From positions 5,323 through 69,322 of IMG/VR virus record IMGVR_UViG_3300049136_000131: a stretch of DNA of 64,000 nucleotides; one strand, given 5' to 3'. The notes under the pieces are model-generated. The model did not search any database. It had not been told where the DNA came from and saw nothing but the letters and a program-made list of their open reading frames with translations. Below are positions 18,100-27,992 of this stretch, one piece after another (the stretch's first letter is position 1; the number at the start of each line of letters is the position of its first letter). Source of the DNA: a virus (lineage: Duplodnaviria > Caudoviricetes). The position numbers were made by a program, and so were the translations under genes.

Positions 18100-18246
18100 C
18101 TACCGCTTGTGTCGCTGGTAGGCGCGCCACAGCCGCCATGCACGGAGGGCGATCACTGGCAGGACCACGGCGCCGACCACGATGCCTGCCCACGGCGGGA
18201 GGCTGCCCGAGTCGGGGAGGAAGAGGGCCAGCATCACGGCCGCCAT
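18100..18246 (-). CDS. small membrane peptide
   Basis: One or two hydrophobic helices and a basic tail. Confidence 0.4.
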   Translation of the reverse strand: MAAVMLALFLPDSGSLPPWAGIVVGAVVLPVIALRAWRLWRAYQRHKR

Positions 18247-18716
18247 TGCTCGCGGTAGCCGGGCCGGTCCGCGTACACGGCCGCCTTCCGCTTGGCCCAC
18301 CGTTCCATGACGTGCAGCATCGCGGGCAGATAGTCCGCTTCGCGGCGCAGAGCAGCCAACTGGATCACGTCGGCGTCCTTTCCTGCTTCGGCAAGCCTGG
18401 CCGCCTCCCGTTGATGCGCCGCGTAGGCGTCCAGTAGACGGCCGTACTCGGCGAGCAACTCGCGGTCCGCGTCGATCTCGCGCAGCACCCGGCGCGGATC
18501 ATGCTCAGAGACGTGCCCGCCGATCCCGGCCGGCACGTCGTAGATGAGGTCAGCACCGCGCGCGGACACAACCTTGCCGCCCAGCTCGTCCTCCGCCTGG
18601 TAGACCCAGTCGAGGTTCATCTTGCCGAGCGAGTCGTCGGCTCCGCGCGCGATCCGCTCGTCCTCATCGAGCTGCTCGCCCAGCCACCGCATCAGGTCGT
18701 CGCTCATAGCGTCCAT
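18234..18716 (-). CDS. DUF6221 family protein
   Basis: LMRWLGEQLDEDERIAR, HDPRRVLREIDADRELL, YADRPGYREQWRP. Confidence 0.75.
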   Translation of the reverse strand: MDAMSDDLMRWLGEQLDEDERIARGADDSLGKMNLDWVYQAEDELGGKVVSARGADLIYDVPAGIGGHVSEHDPRRVLREIDADRELLAEYGRLLDAYAAHQREAARLAEAGKDADVIQLAALRREADYLPAMLHVMERWAKRKAAVYADRPGYREQWRP

Positions 18717-18720
18717 CGTG

Positions 18721-18885
18721 TCACCACCTCCGGGACGACCGCACGGGTTGGCCTCGGTGGTCGCTGCGGTTGCCGCGGGCGCTGTTGCAGCGGCGGTGCG
18801 CTGAGCGTGCGGTGGCGTGGGCTGCGATCCAGCTGGACTTGCCTGCGGCCGGCGGGCCAGTGAGGTGGATCAAGACCGTGGGCAT
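18721..18885 (-). pseudogene. chimeric remnant: P-loop N-terminus joined to an HNH-like C-terminal tail
   Basis: LTGPPAAGKSSWI Walker A followed directly by RSAHRRCNSARGNR...SSRRW. Confidence 0.4.
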
Positions 18886-19058
18886 GGGGAGGAGTGTGTC
18901 ACCACCGGCGGGAGCGGCGCTCCACCTTGGCTGGGCCCGCTCCTGTCCGGGGCGGGGCCACACGCGCGCGGTGGGCCATTGGCCCGGCGTTGTCGACCTC
19001 GTGTTGCACCATTGGCCTAATGCGTCACTCGCTTCCCGCACCACACGAGGAGCCTGCC

Positions 19059-19778
19059 GTGCACCACCACCCCACCACCGACCTCGACGGCTACGACTGG
19101 CCGATCTGCGTCACCCCCCGCTGCGGACGACAGCTGTGGGTCGCCGAACACGGCCGGTACGCCTGCCGGCCCTGCGAGGACGCCACCGCCCAGCGGATCA
19201 CCGAACTCCCCGGCCTGTTCCGGCAACTCGACACCACGGCCATGCTCATGCGCGGCGCCCGCCGGCCCGGCGGCTCCACCTCCGGCAGTAAGACGCCGCC
19301 GATCCCGCCGCGGCTGGAAGTCCTCTCCCTCGTCGGACCGGGTGGGATAGCCGCCCGGTTGGGGGCGATTGAGGATTCGTGGCGGGCCGCGCTGGGCTGG
19401 ACGATCGCGCCGTGGCGCGGCAGCCCGACGCAGGCTGTGCCTCATCTGGTCGGGTTTCTCACCAACAACCTGCTCTGGGCCTGCTCCAGCTACGAGTCCG
19501 TCGGCCAGGACATCGACGAACTGCGCAAGTTGCACGCCGAATGCACCGCGCTTGCGTCGGGGGAGAAGCGGCCAGGCCGCGTCCAGATCGGCTACTGCCC
19601 CACCCCGGTCGGCGACGGACACTGCGGGGCCCAGCTCACCGCGTCCACCGGCAGCCACCGCGTCCACTGCCACGCCTGCGGGGCACGCTGGGACGGGCTC
19701 GGGGAGTGGCGGGAACTCCGGGCGGCGCAGGAAGCTGTGCTCGCCGAGCAGGTGCAGCAGGCGGGAGCGGCAGCGTGA
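19059..19778 (+). CDS. putative late-transcription regulator, zinc-finger protein
   Basis: AGGAG RBS; N-terminal CxxxxC..CxxC and C-terminal CP..HCG..CHAC; position upstream of the virion genes. Confidence 0.5.
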   Translation: MHHHPTTDLDGYDWPICVTPRCGRQLWVAEHGRYACRPCEDATAQRITELPGLFRQLDTTAMLMRGARRPGGSTSGSKTPPIPPRLEVLSLVGPGGIAARLGAIEDSWRAALGWTIAPWRGSPTQAVPHLVGFLTNNLLWACSSYESVGQDIDELRKLHAECTALASGEKRPGRVQIGYCPTPVGDGHCGAQLTASTGSHRVHCHACGARWDGLGEWRELRAAQEAVLAEQVQQAGAAA

Positions 19779-20122
19779 CTACGAAGCTCGTCCCCTGGCA
19801 CGATCGAGAACTCATCTTCCCCATGGGGCTCCGCAAGACCGCGAACTGGGAGCGTGCCGTGGCTACCGGCGGCGCGCTGGATGACACCTGCCCGATCCAC
19901 GCGTGGCCCGTACCGCTCGACTTCAGCGAGGAGTGGCGGGACGGGGTGCTGGTCCTCACCTTTCACCCGTGTGAGCATCGGGGCTTCCCCCAGTGGGACG
20001 GTCGGCAGCGCACCGCGAGCCGCTGGCTGGACAACCCCATCGCACGACCGCCGCGTCGACGGAGAGGATATTCGCGAACGCTGATGCGGTTTCGGCAACA
20101 GGGCTTGCTATCTGATCAGTAG
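19775..20122 (+). CDS. hypothetical protein
   Basis: GTGA overlap. Confidence 0.5.
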   Translation: MTTKLVPWHDRELIFPMGLRKTANWERAVATGGALDDTCPIHAWPVPLDFSEEWRDGVLVLTFHPCEHRGFPQWDGRQRTASRWLDNPIARPPRRRRGYSRTLMRFRQQGLLSDQ

Positions 20123-20207
20123 CGAGCGTATGGTGTGCTCCAATCGATCTCGCTGTGTCTGGAGGGCCGCCACCGTGCGGCCCTTTCGCGTGTCTGGGGG
20201 TGGTCGA

Positions 20208-20450
20208 ATGCCCCCGCAACTCGTCACCGAAGACCTCGCCGCCTACTGGACCGGACGCCCCCCAGCCACCATCCGACGGTGGGCAGCCGAAGGCAGGCTC
20301 ACGAAGCACCGCGACCACGGGCGGCGACGCAACGGCGTCCTCTACGACCTCGCCGAACTCCCCGCCGCAAAACGCGACCCCGACACCCGCGAACTCATCG
20401 CGCCCGCCGAAGCTCCGCCGGTCATCGACCATGGCTTACTCGCCGCCTGA
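20208..20450 (+). CDS. HTH DNA-binding protein (MerR/Xis-like)
   Basis: AAYWTGRPPATIRRWAAEGRL...LYDLAEL. Confidence 0.7.
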   Translation: MPPQLVTEDLAAYWTGRPPATIRRWAAEGRLTKHRDHGRRRNGVLYDLAELPAAKRDPDTRELIAPAEAPPVIDHGLLAA

Positions 20451-20638
20451 TGCTCCCTGCGTGAGGCTCCCGCAGGGCAGGGCCTAGAAGCGCCCCCCGC
20501 GCTCGGCCCACCAAGTCCGCCCGGTCCAAGTGGGGGGCCGGGCGGACAACACCCCCCCGAACGTCCCGCCGTTCGCTGTCCCCGGACGGCGGGACTCCCA
20601 CCCTCGCGCCGCGCAGCGCACACCGTGAAGGAGGCCGC

Positions 20639-21022
20639 GTGGCCGACAACCTGACCAACACCGCCGAGAACCGCTGCCTCGACTTCATCCTCGGCCTGAC
20701 CGTCACCGCCCCCACCACACCCCTCAAGGTTGCGCTCGTCACCGCGAACGGCGACGACGCCACCGCCGGCACCGAGGTGACAGGCGGGTCCTACACGAGG
20801 CAGAACCTGTCCGTCGCCGCGGCCGTCGGAGGCGCCACCAGCAACTCGGCCGACCTCGTATGGACCGGCATGCCAGCCGCGACAGTCGTCGGCGTGGAGA
20901 TCTGGGACAACTCGGCGACGCCAGTGCGGCTCTGGTACGGGCCTCTGTCCGCCTCGCGCACCGTCGCCGCCGGGGACGAGCTTCGCCTCACGGCCGGGTC
21001 CCTGTCACTGTCCTTGCAGTAG
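20639..21022 (+). CDS. virion tail-fibre-associated protein
   Basis: AAGGAGG RBS; LKVALVTA..TEVTGGSYTRQ..SNSADLVW..VVGVEIWD pattern. Confidence 0.7.
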   Translation: MADNLTNTAENRCLDFILGLTVTAPTTPLKVALVTANGDDATAGTEVTGGSYTRQNLSVAAAVGGATSNSADLVWTGMPAATVVGVEIWDNSATPVRLWYGPLSASRTVAAGDELRLTAGSLSLSLQ

Positions 21023-21031
21023 GGAGGCGCC

Positions 21032-22141
21032 GTGCCGTCCCTCTCGATGCTCCAGGACAACTTCAACGACGGCGTGATCGGACCCGACTGGGGCAACTCC
21101 TACGGCGGCGTCACCGAAACCGCCGGGCAGGCCCGCGTCCCTTGCGGCACCGGGTTCGCCGGATACCAGACCGCCTACTCGTGGACGTTCGCCGGGGCAT
21201 CGTTCTTCGTGAAGATCGCCACCGTGCCGACCCCCGGCCCGGCGACCGAATGCTACTGCGGAGTCCTCGTCAACTCCGGCACCGACGGCACGCGCATCGG
21301 CTACACGATCAACACAGTCACGGGCCTGCTGCGCTGCAAGAACGACGTCGGCTACCTCGATCCGAACGTAGTGGAGATCCCCTACGACCCCGTCGCGCAC
21401 GCCTTCCTGCGGCTACGCGAGGACAGCACAAACGTCTATTGGGACACCAGCCCGGACGGCAGCACGTGGACGAACCAGCGCACCCTCGCCAGCCCCGCCT
21501 GGATCGCCGCCGCAGTCGATACGTGCGCGCTCGACATGTCCGCCCACCGCGACGCCGGCACCACCGACTACGCGGAATTCGACCTGTTCAACACGCTCAA
21601 CAACGGGGCCGTCCACACCGCTGAAGCCGACCTGACCGCCACCACCAGCCTCACCGCCGCAACCAGCCTGGTCGCGCACGGGGCGGCGGCGCTCACCGCC
21701 GACAGCAGCCTGTCCGCGGCACCCCGCGTGTCCGCGCATGCCGCCGCCAGTCTCGCCGCCGAACCGACGCTCACGGCCGACGCGGCCGATTCCGAGATCC
21801 CGGAGGTGGCCGAGTTGTCCGCCGGAGACTGGGACCTGTACATCGAGCAAGGCGCCACCTTCGTACAGACCTACACCGTCGCCGACGACCCCGCCTTCAC
21901 GTGGGCCGGCTGGACCGCCCGAGCGCAGATCCGCTCCGAAGCCTCCGAGACTGGTGAGCTGCTCCTCAACCTCACGCCCTACCTGACGATCACCGGGGCG
22001 TCGATCCGGCTCGTCATCCCCGCCACCGTCACCGAAACCCTGACCCGGAACGGGCGCTGGGACCTCGAAGTCGTCACCGGCACGACCGTCGTGCGCCTAC
22101 TGAACGGGCGGGCGATCGTGTCCCCGGAGGTGACCCGGTGA
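21032..22141 (+). CDS. lectin/LamG-like virion protein with C-terminal baseplate beta-sandwich
   Basis: FLRLRED..YWDTSPDG lectin-like segment; DLYIEQGATF...WDLEV..RLLNGRAIVSPEVTR. Confidence 0.65.
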   Translation: MPSLSMLQDNFNDGVIGPDWGNSYGGVTETAGQARVPCGTGFAGYQTAYSWTFAGASFFVKIATVPTPGPATECYCGVLVNSGTDGTRIGYTINTVTGLLRCKNDVGYLDPNVVEIPYDPVAHAFLRLREDSTNVYWDTSPDGSTWTNQRTLASPAWIAAAVDTCALDMSAHRDAGTTDYAEFDLFNTLNNGAVHTAEADLTATTSLTAATSLVAHGAAALTADSSLSAAPRVSAHAAASLAAEPTLTADAADSEIPEVAELSAGDWDLYIEQGATFVQTYTVADDPAFTWAGWTARAQIRSEASETGELLLNLTPYLTITGASIRLVIPATVTETLTRNGRWDLEVVTGTTVVRLLNGRAIVSPEVTR

Positions 22142-23154
22142 AAATCCAGGTCACAGGCGAACGGCCCGCCGACGCCGTGAACGTCAACGGCTGCCAGCAA
22201 GCCGCGGTCATCGAGGTCGCCGTGGGGCTCGTGTCCAGTGTCAACGGGCGCACCGGCGGCGTCACCGGCCTCGCCGAAGCAGCCGACGTACCCGACATCG
22301 CCCAAGCCGCAGCCGGCGAGGCCGAGGCCAATGCGATCGCCGCCGCGGCGGTGGATGCGACGAGCAAGGTGGCCGCGCACTCCGCGGCAGCCGACCCGCA
22401 CGGCGACCGGGCCTGGGCAGATAGCAAGTTCCTGCCCCTCACCGGCGGCACCGTCAACGGGCCCCTGCGCGTCAACGGCGCCGCCAACACCTACCGGCAC
22501 GTCGCCTACCAATCAGGCGGCGTCGACCGCTGGCAGCTGCAATGCGACGGCATCAGCGAGGCGGGCAGCAACGCCGGCTCCAACCTGCGCCTGTCCGCAC
22601 GGGCCGACGACGGCAGTGATCTCGGGCTCGCCTGGCACGTCAACCGGGCCACCCGCCGCACCAGCTTCGGCACCACCAGCCCCCTCGGCGACGCGTGGGT
22701 CACCTCCGTCGGCGCCATCGGCGCGCGGGACCTCGGAGCCGACCCGGCGACCGCAGCGGGCGGCAGCCAGTACTACTCCAAGGGCGGCAAGGCCTACGTC
22801 AAGCAGGGCGACGGGTCCGTCGTCCAGCTCGGCGTCGTCACCAGCAGCAAGAGCGCAGTCTTCCCCACCCCGACCGGCGCCGTGTCCTACGCCGTCTGGC
22901 GGGCACCGAAAGCCTGCACCGTCACCGCGGTGCGCGGCTACCGCACCGGCGGCACCGGCGCCACCATCAACGCCTCCAAGAACACGTTCGCGCTCCTCGC
23001 CGCTGACTTGTCGCTGTCGACGGCGGATACGTGGCTGTCGGCGGGGAGTCTCCAGAACACGGCCATGGCCGTGGGGGACACACTCACTTTGCGGATCACT
23101 GGTGTCACTGGCACGCCGACCGCGGTGACGATTCAGGTGGAGATGCAGGGCTGA
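22138..23154 (+). CDS. tail fibre protein
   Basis: VSSVNGRTGGV, ADPHGDRAWAD, FLPLTGGT fibre motifs. Confidence 0.75.
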   Translation: MKIQVTGERPADAVNVNGCQQAAVIEVAVGLVSSVNGRTGGVTGLAEAADVPDIAQAAAGEAEANAIAAAAVDATSKVAAHSAAADPHGDRAWADSKFLPLTGGTVNGPLRVNGAANTYRHVAYQSGGVDRWQLQCDGISEAGSNAGSNLRLSARADDGSDLGLAWHVNRATRRTSFGTTSPLGDAWVTSVGAIGARDLGADPATAAGGSQYYSKGGKAYVKQGDGSVVQLGVVTSSKSAVFPTPTGAVSYAVWRAPKACTVTAVRGYRTGGTGATINASKNTFALLAADLSLSTADTWLSAGSLQNTAMAVGDTLTLRITGVTGTPTAVTIQVEMQG

Positions 23155-24707
23155 TGCCGGGGCTGATCATGGTTCACGACGACGACACGCAAACCCAGCC
23201 CGCCCCGCAGACCCTCACCACCCAGAGCGTGGCGGGGCCGCCGCAGCAGTTGCAGGTATTCGACAGTGCGGGCCTGCTGGCCACGCTGACCGTCGGCGCC
23301 CGCACCGTGACCATGCGAGGGCAGACCCGCACGTTCACCGAGACGAAGCGGCCGTTCACCGACACCTTCGACCGGACCACCAGCAACGGCTGGGGCACCT
23401 CGCCGGGCGGCGGCAACTGGTCCAACAGCAACGGCACCGACGCCGACTACAGCGTGTCGGGTGGGGCCGGAATCATCAGCATGACCGCCAGCAACGCCAG
23501 CCGCCACACCTCCCTCGTCAACGACATCACGGACTGCGACGCGCGCCTATCCTGGTCCCTCGACGTCATGCCCGCCGGCAACGCGTCCAGCCTGGCGCTG
23601 TCGTTCGCGTACACCAGCTCGACGCAGCAATACCGGGCACGCCTGTCCGTCCTCACAACCGGCGACGTACAACTCGCGCTGGAGCTACAGACGAGCAGCG
23701 GCACGACGACACTCGGCGCCCTCACCACCGTGGGCACCGGGTACGTGGTCGGCGACGTCTGGCACATCCGCGCACAGCGCACCGGGACGACACTCCGGTG
23801 CCGCGCCTGGAAGGACGGCACGACGGAACCAGCCACGTGGACTCACCAGGTCACGGATGCGACGCTCGGCGCCGGCCGGATCGGAGTCCGCGGCATCGCC
23901 GCCACGGGCAGCACCGCGATCCCGTTCACGTTCAGGGTGCACGATCTCCAGCTGTACTCCGGGACGTGGCCGGACCCGCCCACGATCACGCACAACACGT
24001 GGGTACGGGTGTTGTCGGCACCGTTCGATGGGACGTGGACGACGGCGCTCGCCGACCAGATCAGGGCCTGGGCAGTCGACACCGCGCCGGACGCCCTCGC
24101 CTACGCGATGATGTACATCACCGGTGCACCCCCAGTCACCAGCAACACGCTCGGCGCGCAGGTGGCAGGCCAATCCAACTACGGGCCCAACAACGCGGAC
24201 GGCACCCGGCAAGAAGGCGCCGACTTCCACGAGTACATGGGCTTGGGGTGGACTTTCCCCAACGGCGAGACCGTCAACGCCCCTGATCCGAAGTGGCAAC
24301 GCTGCCTGGACTGCAGCGGGTTCGTCCGCATGATCTACGGCTTTCACATGGGCATACCCATGGTTCGCAACCTCAGCTTCGACGGCATCAACCTGCCGAG
24401 GCAGACCAAAGACATCGGGCCGTCAGGGCCAGGTATCGTCGTCGCCCAGTCGGCCGACTCACCCCCACCGCTGACCAACCTGGGGATCGGCGACGTGCCG
24501 TTGTTCGACGCCGACACTACGGACCCGGTCGCTGGCCAGCTCGACCACAACGGCATCTACCTCGGGACCGACACCGGCGGACACCCCCGCTTCATCAACT
24601 CCCGCAAAACGCCGAACGGTCCGACGTTCGGTGATCTCGGTGGTTCGTCCCGGCTCGACGGCACGGACTTGTACGCCACGAGCCTCCGCCTGATCAGGCG
24701 TTTCTGA
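23154..24707 (+). CDS. virion protein: carbohydrate-binding domain plus NlpC/P60-like peptidase
   Basis: DTFDRT..GWG beta-sandwich; LDCSGFVRMIYG and DHNGIYLG catalytic Cys/His motifs. Confidence 0.7.
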   Translation: MPGLIMVHDDDTQTQPAPQTLTTQSVAGPPQQLQVFDSAGLLATLTVGARTVTMRGQTRTFTETKRPFTDTFDRTTSNGWGTSPGGGNWSNSNGTDADYSVSGGAGIISMTASNASRHTSLVNDITDCDARLSWSLDVMPAGNASSLALSFAYTSSTQQYRARLSVLTTGDVQLALELQTSSGTTTLGALTTVGTGYVVGDVWHIRAQRTGTTLRCRAWKDGTTEPATWTHQVTDATLGAGRIGVRGIAATGSTAIPFTFRVHDLQLYSGTWPDPPTITHNTWVRVLSAPFDGTWTTALADQIRAWAVDTAPDALAYAMMYITGAPPVTSNTLGAQVAGQSNYGPNNADGTRQEGADFHEYMGLGWTFPNGETVNAPDPKWQRCLDCSGFVRMIYGFHMGIPMVRNLSFDGINLPRQTKDIGPSGPGIVVAQSADSPPPLTNLGIGDVPLFDADTTDPVAGQLDHNGIYLGTDTGGHPRFINSRKTPNGPTFGDLGGSSRLDGTDLYATSLRLIRRF

Positions 24708-24721
24708 CGAAGGAGACCGTC

Positions 24722-25261
24722 ATGCCCACCAGCGACGCCGAGGGCAAGGGCTGGTCCCTCGAACGGTTCCGCTTCCACCTGCCGAACACGGTCACCGACG
24801 TCGGACCCGGCGAAGGCACCTATGCCAAGCTGTTCCGGCCCGTGCACGAGGGCGTGTGGTGGACAGCGGTCGAGATCCACCGGCCGTACATCACCAAGTA
24901 CAAGCTCAAGTCGACGAAGACGCGGCGGATGTACGACGAGATCCACGTCGAAGACGTCCGTGAATCCGCCGACCACCTGTTCTACCGAGACCTCGTGATC
25001 TTCGGGGACGTGCTGGAGCACGTCGAACGGGACGATGCCGTCGCTCTACTCCAGCGCGCGGAGGCGGCCGGGGCGTGGAACATTCTCGTCTCCGTACCCA
25101 TCGTGCCGTCGGAGCAGGGCGAGGTCGACGGCAACCCCTACGAAGCCCACCTCCACCAGTGGGACCCCGACGACATGGACCAGGTGCTCGCCGGACTCGG
25201 CGGGACGGTCGACTCCATGCGTGGGTCCACGCTCGGCTGCTGGTGGTGGACTCGGACGTGA
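24722..25261 (+). CDS. class I SAM-dependent methyltransferase
   Basis: TDVGPGEG motif I, VIFGDVLEH, SVP, NPYEAHLHQW. Confidence 0.8.
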   Translation: MPTSDAEGKGWSLERFRFHLPNTVTDVGPGEGTYAKLFRPVHEGVWWTAVEIHRPYITKYKLKSTKTRRMYDEIHVEDVRESADHLFYRDLVIFGDVLEHVERDDAVALLQRAEAAGAWNILVSVPIVPSEQGEVDGNPYEAHLHQWDPDDMDQVLAGLGGTVDSMRGSTLGCWWWTRT

Positions 25262-25515
25262 CCAGCGAGATCTTCCGCTACGAAGTCCCCGTCGACGACC
25301 GCTGGTACGAGATCGCCGGCTGCGGAACGCCGCTGCACGTCGACTGCCGCAACCTGCGCATCGTCGAGTTCTGGGCCTGGCGCCGCGACGATCTGCCCGC
25401 CCGGCGGTTCCGCGTCTTCGGCACCGGCCAACTCGTCCCAGACGGCGCCCACTACCGAGGCACGACCATCGCGCCCGGCGGGCAACTCGTCTGGCACCTC
25501 ATCGAACAGCCCTAA
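25258..25515 (+). CDS. hypothetical phage protein
   Basis: IFRYEVPVDD...VFGTGQ...LVWHLIE. Confidence 0.65.
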   Translation: MTSEIFRYEVPVDDRWYEIAGCGTPLHVDCRNLRIVEFWAWRRDDLPARRFRVFGTGQLVPDGAHYRGTTIAPGGQLVWHLIEQP

Positions 25516-25536
25516 CCCCACCCCGGAGCCCGCGCC

Positions 25537-25893
25537 GTGCCCGAACCCCTCGCTGTCGAGAACCTGTGCGAGCACAGCTGGCAGTACAACAAGCCCGCCC
25601 ACGCCAACGCCTCCGTCCGCATCTGCGGCCTCTGCCACGCCATCGACGGCGAAGATCTCCTGCGGACCCTCGACGAGTACGCGCTGGAGCAGATGGCCAA
25701 GCTGAAGCAGAAGCCGACAACGCTTCTGTACGCGCACTCCGACGGCGAGGTCTACAGCTACGTCGACCAGCCCGGCGGCATCCCCGACAGCGCGCGCGAG
25801 CGGGCCCTCCTGCGTGGCCTCCTGGGCTACGCGCTCGCCCAGCTAGACCAGTACGAGGTGGCAGGCCCGATGGTCGCCACACTCCAAGCCTGA
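25537..25893 (+). CDS. hypothetical protein
   Basis: GGAGCCCGCGCC start motif. Confidence 0.65.
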   Translation: MPEPLAVENLCEHSWQYNKPAHANASVRICGLCHAIDGEDLLRTLDEYALEQMAKLKQKPTTLLYAHSDGEVYSYVDQPGGIPDSARERALLRGLLGYALAQLDQYEVAGPMVATLQA

Positions 25894-25911
25894 CCCCACG
25901 GAGCCCGCGCC

Positions 25912-26508
25912 ATGGATCTCCACGCCTGGATCACCCAGCAAGTCGATGAGACCGAGCGTCGCGCCCGTGGATGCACGGCGGCCGACTGGCGGCACGTCGG
26001 CAGCGGCATCATCGTCGACCGCGACACCGACGGTTGGCAGCACGCCCCCGACGAAGCAGTGATCGTCTCCGTCGCGTCAGAGCGGATCTACTGGAACACG
26101 TCACCACCCAGCGCCCCCGACGCGGACCACATCATCAACCACTCGCCCGAGAGCGTCCTCCGCCGCTGCGAGGCAGACCGCCGCATCCTCGCCCGGCACC
26201 GGCTCGACCCCGCAGCAGAGAACACGCCCCGCGCGGCAGCCTGCGACGGCTGCGGAGTCGAGTGGGTGCAGGACTACTGCGACCCGATCATCGACAACCT
26301 GAACGACTGCCCCGAGCTGCTCGACCTCGCCCATGCCCACGGCATCACCGAGCAGATCCTCGCCAGCCTCGACCGGCCGCAGCCGCCCGAGCCGAAGCCG
26401 CGCATCCACAGGTCGTCCGGCCTGCTCGACGCTCGCGGAGCCTTCGCCCCGCCCCGCACCACCGCCGACGTGCCTGCCGCGCTACGCGGCCCCAACTGGC
26501 AACCCTGA
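25912..26508 (+). CDS. DUF6221 family protein (second paralog)
   Basis: MDLHAWITQQVDETER, HSPESVLRRCEADRRILARH. Confidence 0.7.
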   Translation: MDLHAWITQQVDETERRARGCTAADWRHVGSGIIVDRDTDGWQHAPDEAVIVSVASERIYWNTSPPSAPDADHIINHSPESVLRRCEADRRILARHRLDPAAENTPRAAACDGCGVEWVQDYCDPIIDNLNDCPELLDLAHAHGITEQILASLDRPQPPEPKPRIHRSSGLLDARGAFAPPRTTADVPAALRGPNWQP

Positions 26509-26521
26509 GAGGAACCGCGCT

Positions 26522-26707
26522 ATGAGCCAGTTCGCTGTCATCCGTCACCAGGGCGTGAGCCCCCAGCGCATCGAAGCCGAGTCCTTCACTTACGACGGCG
26601 ACGACAAGATGTTCGTCTTCAGCGACGCCAACAAGAAGACCGTGGCGCTGGTGCCCAACGACGGCGTGTCCGTCGTGGCGACTTCCGACGCCGTAGGCAA
26701 CCCCTGA
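26522..26707 (+). CDS. small hypothetical protein
   Basis: GAGGA RBS, high GC3. Confidence 0.6.
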   Translation: MSQFAVIRHQGVSPQRIEAESFTYDGDDKMFVFSDANKKTVALVPNDGVSVVATSDAVGNP

Positions 26708-26752
26708 CCCTCGCGGCCACGAGCCGTCCACAACCCCACAGGAGCCCGCGCC

Positions 26753-27013
26753 ATGGCCCGCTACCGCAAGAAGCCCGTCGAGATCGAAGCCGTGCAGTGG
26801 ACCGAGGACGTGTCCATGCGGGAGCTGATCGACTTCACGAACGGGCTGGTCAATCTCAACGACGTCGACCGTGACTTCACCGTTTACGACCGACTCCACG
26901 ACACGTGGGTGAAGTTCGAGTACGGAGACTGGATCATCAAGGGCGTGCAGGGCGAGTACTACCCCTGCCGCAACGACGTTTTCGCCGCCACCTACGAGGC
27001 GGTGACCGACTGA
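26753..27013 (+). CDS. conserved phage protein (YRKKPVEIEA / GDWII family)
   Basis: RYRKKPVEIEAVQW...GDWIIKGVQGEYYPC..F..TYE. Confidence 0.85.
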   Translation: MARYRKKPVEIEAVQWTEDVSMRELIDFTNGLVNLNDVDRDFTVYDRLHDTWVKFEYGDWIIKGVQGEYYPCRNDVFAATYEAVTD

Positions 27014-27225
27014 TGGCCTCCGTACCCAGCTACCGCGAACTCGCCCACCGGAGCCTCGGGCAGGCCGCGTCCGAACTCAACGCCATCCCGCAAGGCAACG
27101 TGGCCACCGACATCGTCATGGCCATCTCAGCCAAGGGCCAGGCCATCGCCACCATCGCTGCCGCTCAAGCGCTTCTGGAGATCGGCGACGTTCTCCGCGA
27201 GAACCTGAAGCGAGGCGATGTCTGA
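27013..27225 (+). CDS. hypothetical protein
   Basis: TGATG overlaps. Confidence 0.6.
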   Translation: MASVPSYRELAHRSLGQAASELNAIPQGNVATDIVMAISAKGQAIATIAAAQALLEIGDVLRENLKRGDV

Positions 27226-27713
27226 TGGCTCGCCTGCAGATCCTCGAACTCCCCGAAGGCAGCGGAGACGACCAGCCGCCATTCGTTCTCGTCATCGACC
27301 AGGCCGACGAAGCCACAGTCGAAAGCCTCCACCGGCAGGCGACCGGGCACGTCGACGACCCGGCCATGTACAACCCCATCGCCGACCAGATCGGCGCCCG
27401 CGCCGTCCTTGTCTTCGAAGAGACCATCGACATCCCCGCCAACGACACCACCGCCTACCTCCGCGACGACGTGCGCAACGAGGTCACGGCCAAGCTCGGT
27501 GACCACGACGTGCGAAGCGCCATCGCCACCGACATGCAGAAGATGCGCGACGCCCAGGCCGAGGCGACCAACGTCCGCGACAAGGACGGTGCGCGGGCCG
27601 AAGACGTCGCCGTCCGGCTCTACGGCGTCGTCACAGCCAGCACGCCCGACCGGCGCGCCGGCTTCAGCGGATGGGCGCTCAACAGCGACACCGAACGCAG
27701 CCCCGAGGAGTAG
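27225..27713 (+). CDS. hypothetical protein
   Basis: MARLQILELPEG..PFVLVIDQ..IGARAVLVFEETIDI. Confidence 0.65.
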   Translation: MARLQILELPEGSGDDQPPFVLVIDQADEATVESLHRQATGHVDDPAMYNPIADQIGARAVLVFEETIDIPANDTTAYLRDDVRNEVTAKLGDHDVRSAIATDMQKMRDAQAEATNVRDKDGARAEDVAVRLYGVVTASTPDRRAGFSGWALNSDTERSPEE

Positions 27714-27716
27714 ACG

Positions 27717-27992
27717 ATGAGCGAAGCCGAGTACCGGGACGTGCAAGCCACCCGCCACCTTGGCATCGGAGTCAAGGTCGACGTAGCCCCCCAGCGGGCC
27801 AAGATGGCTGTCTCCTTCCTCGCCCACCCCGGCCTCTACCTCCGGATCGAAGACGGCGACATCGTCCTCGCCGACCAAGTCGTCTACCGCATCACCGGCT
27901 ACAACCCCGCCGACTACACACTCACACTCGAACTCGTCAAGGACTGGCGGCCCGGCGAGAAGGACGACCCCAACGCCGCGACGCAACCGTGA
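27717..27992 (+). CDS. hypothetical protein
   Basis: GAGGAG RBS; coupled to HNH gene. Confidence 0.6.
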   Translation: MSEAEYRDVQATRHLGIGVKVDVAPQRAKMAVSFLAHPGLYLRIEDGDIVLADQVVYRITGYNPADYTLTLELVKDWRPGEKDDPNAATQP

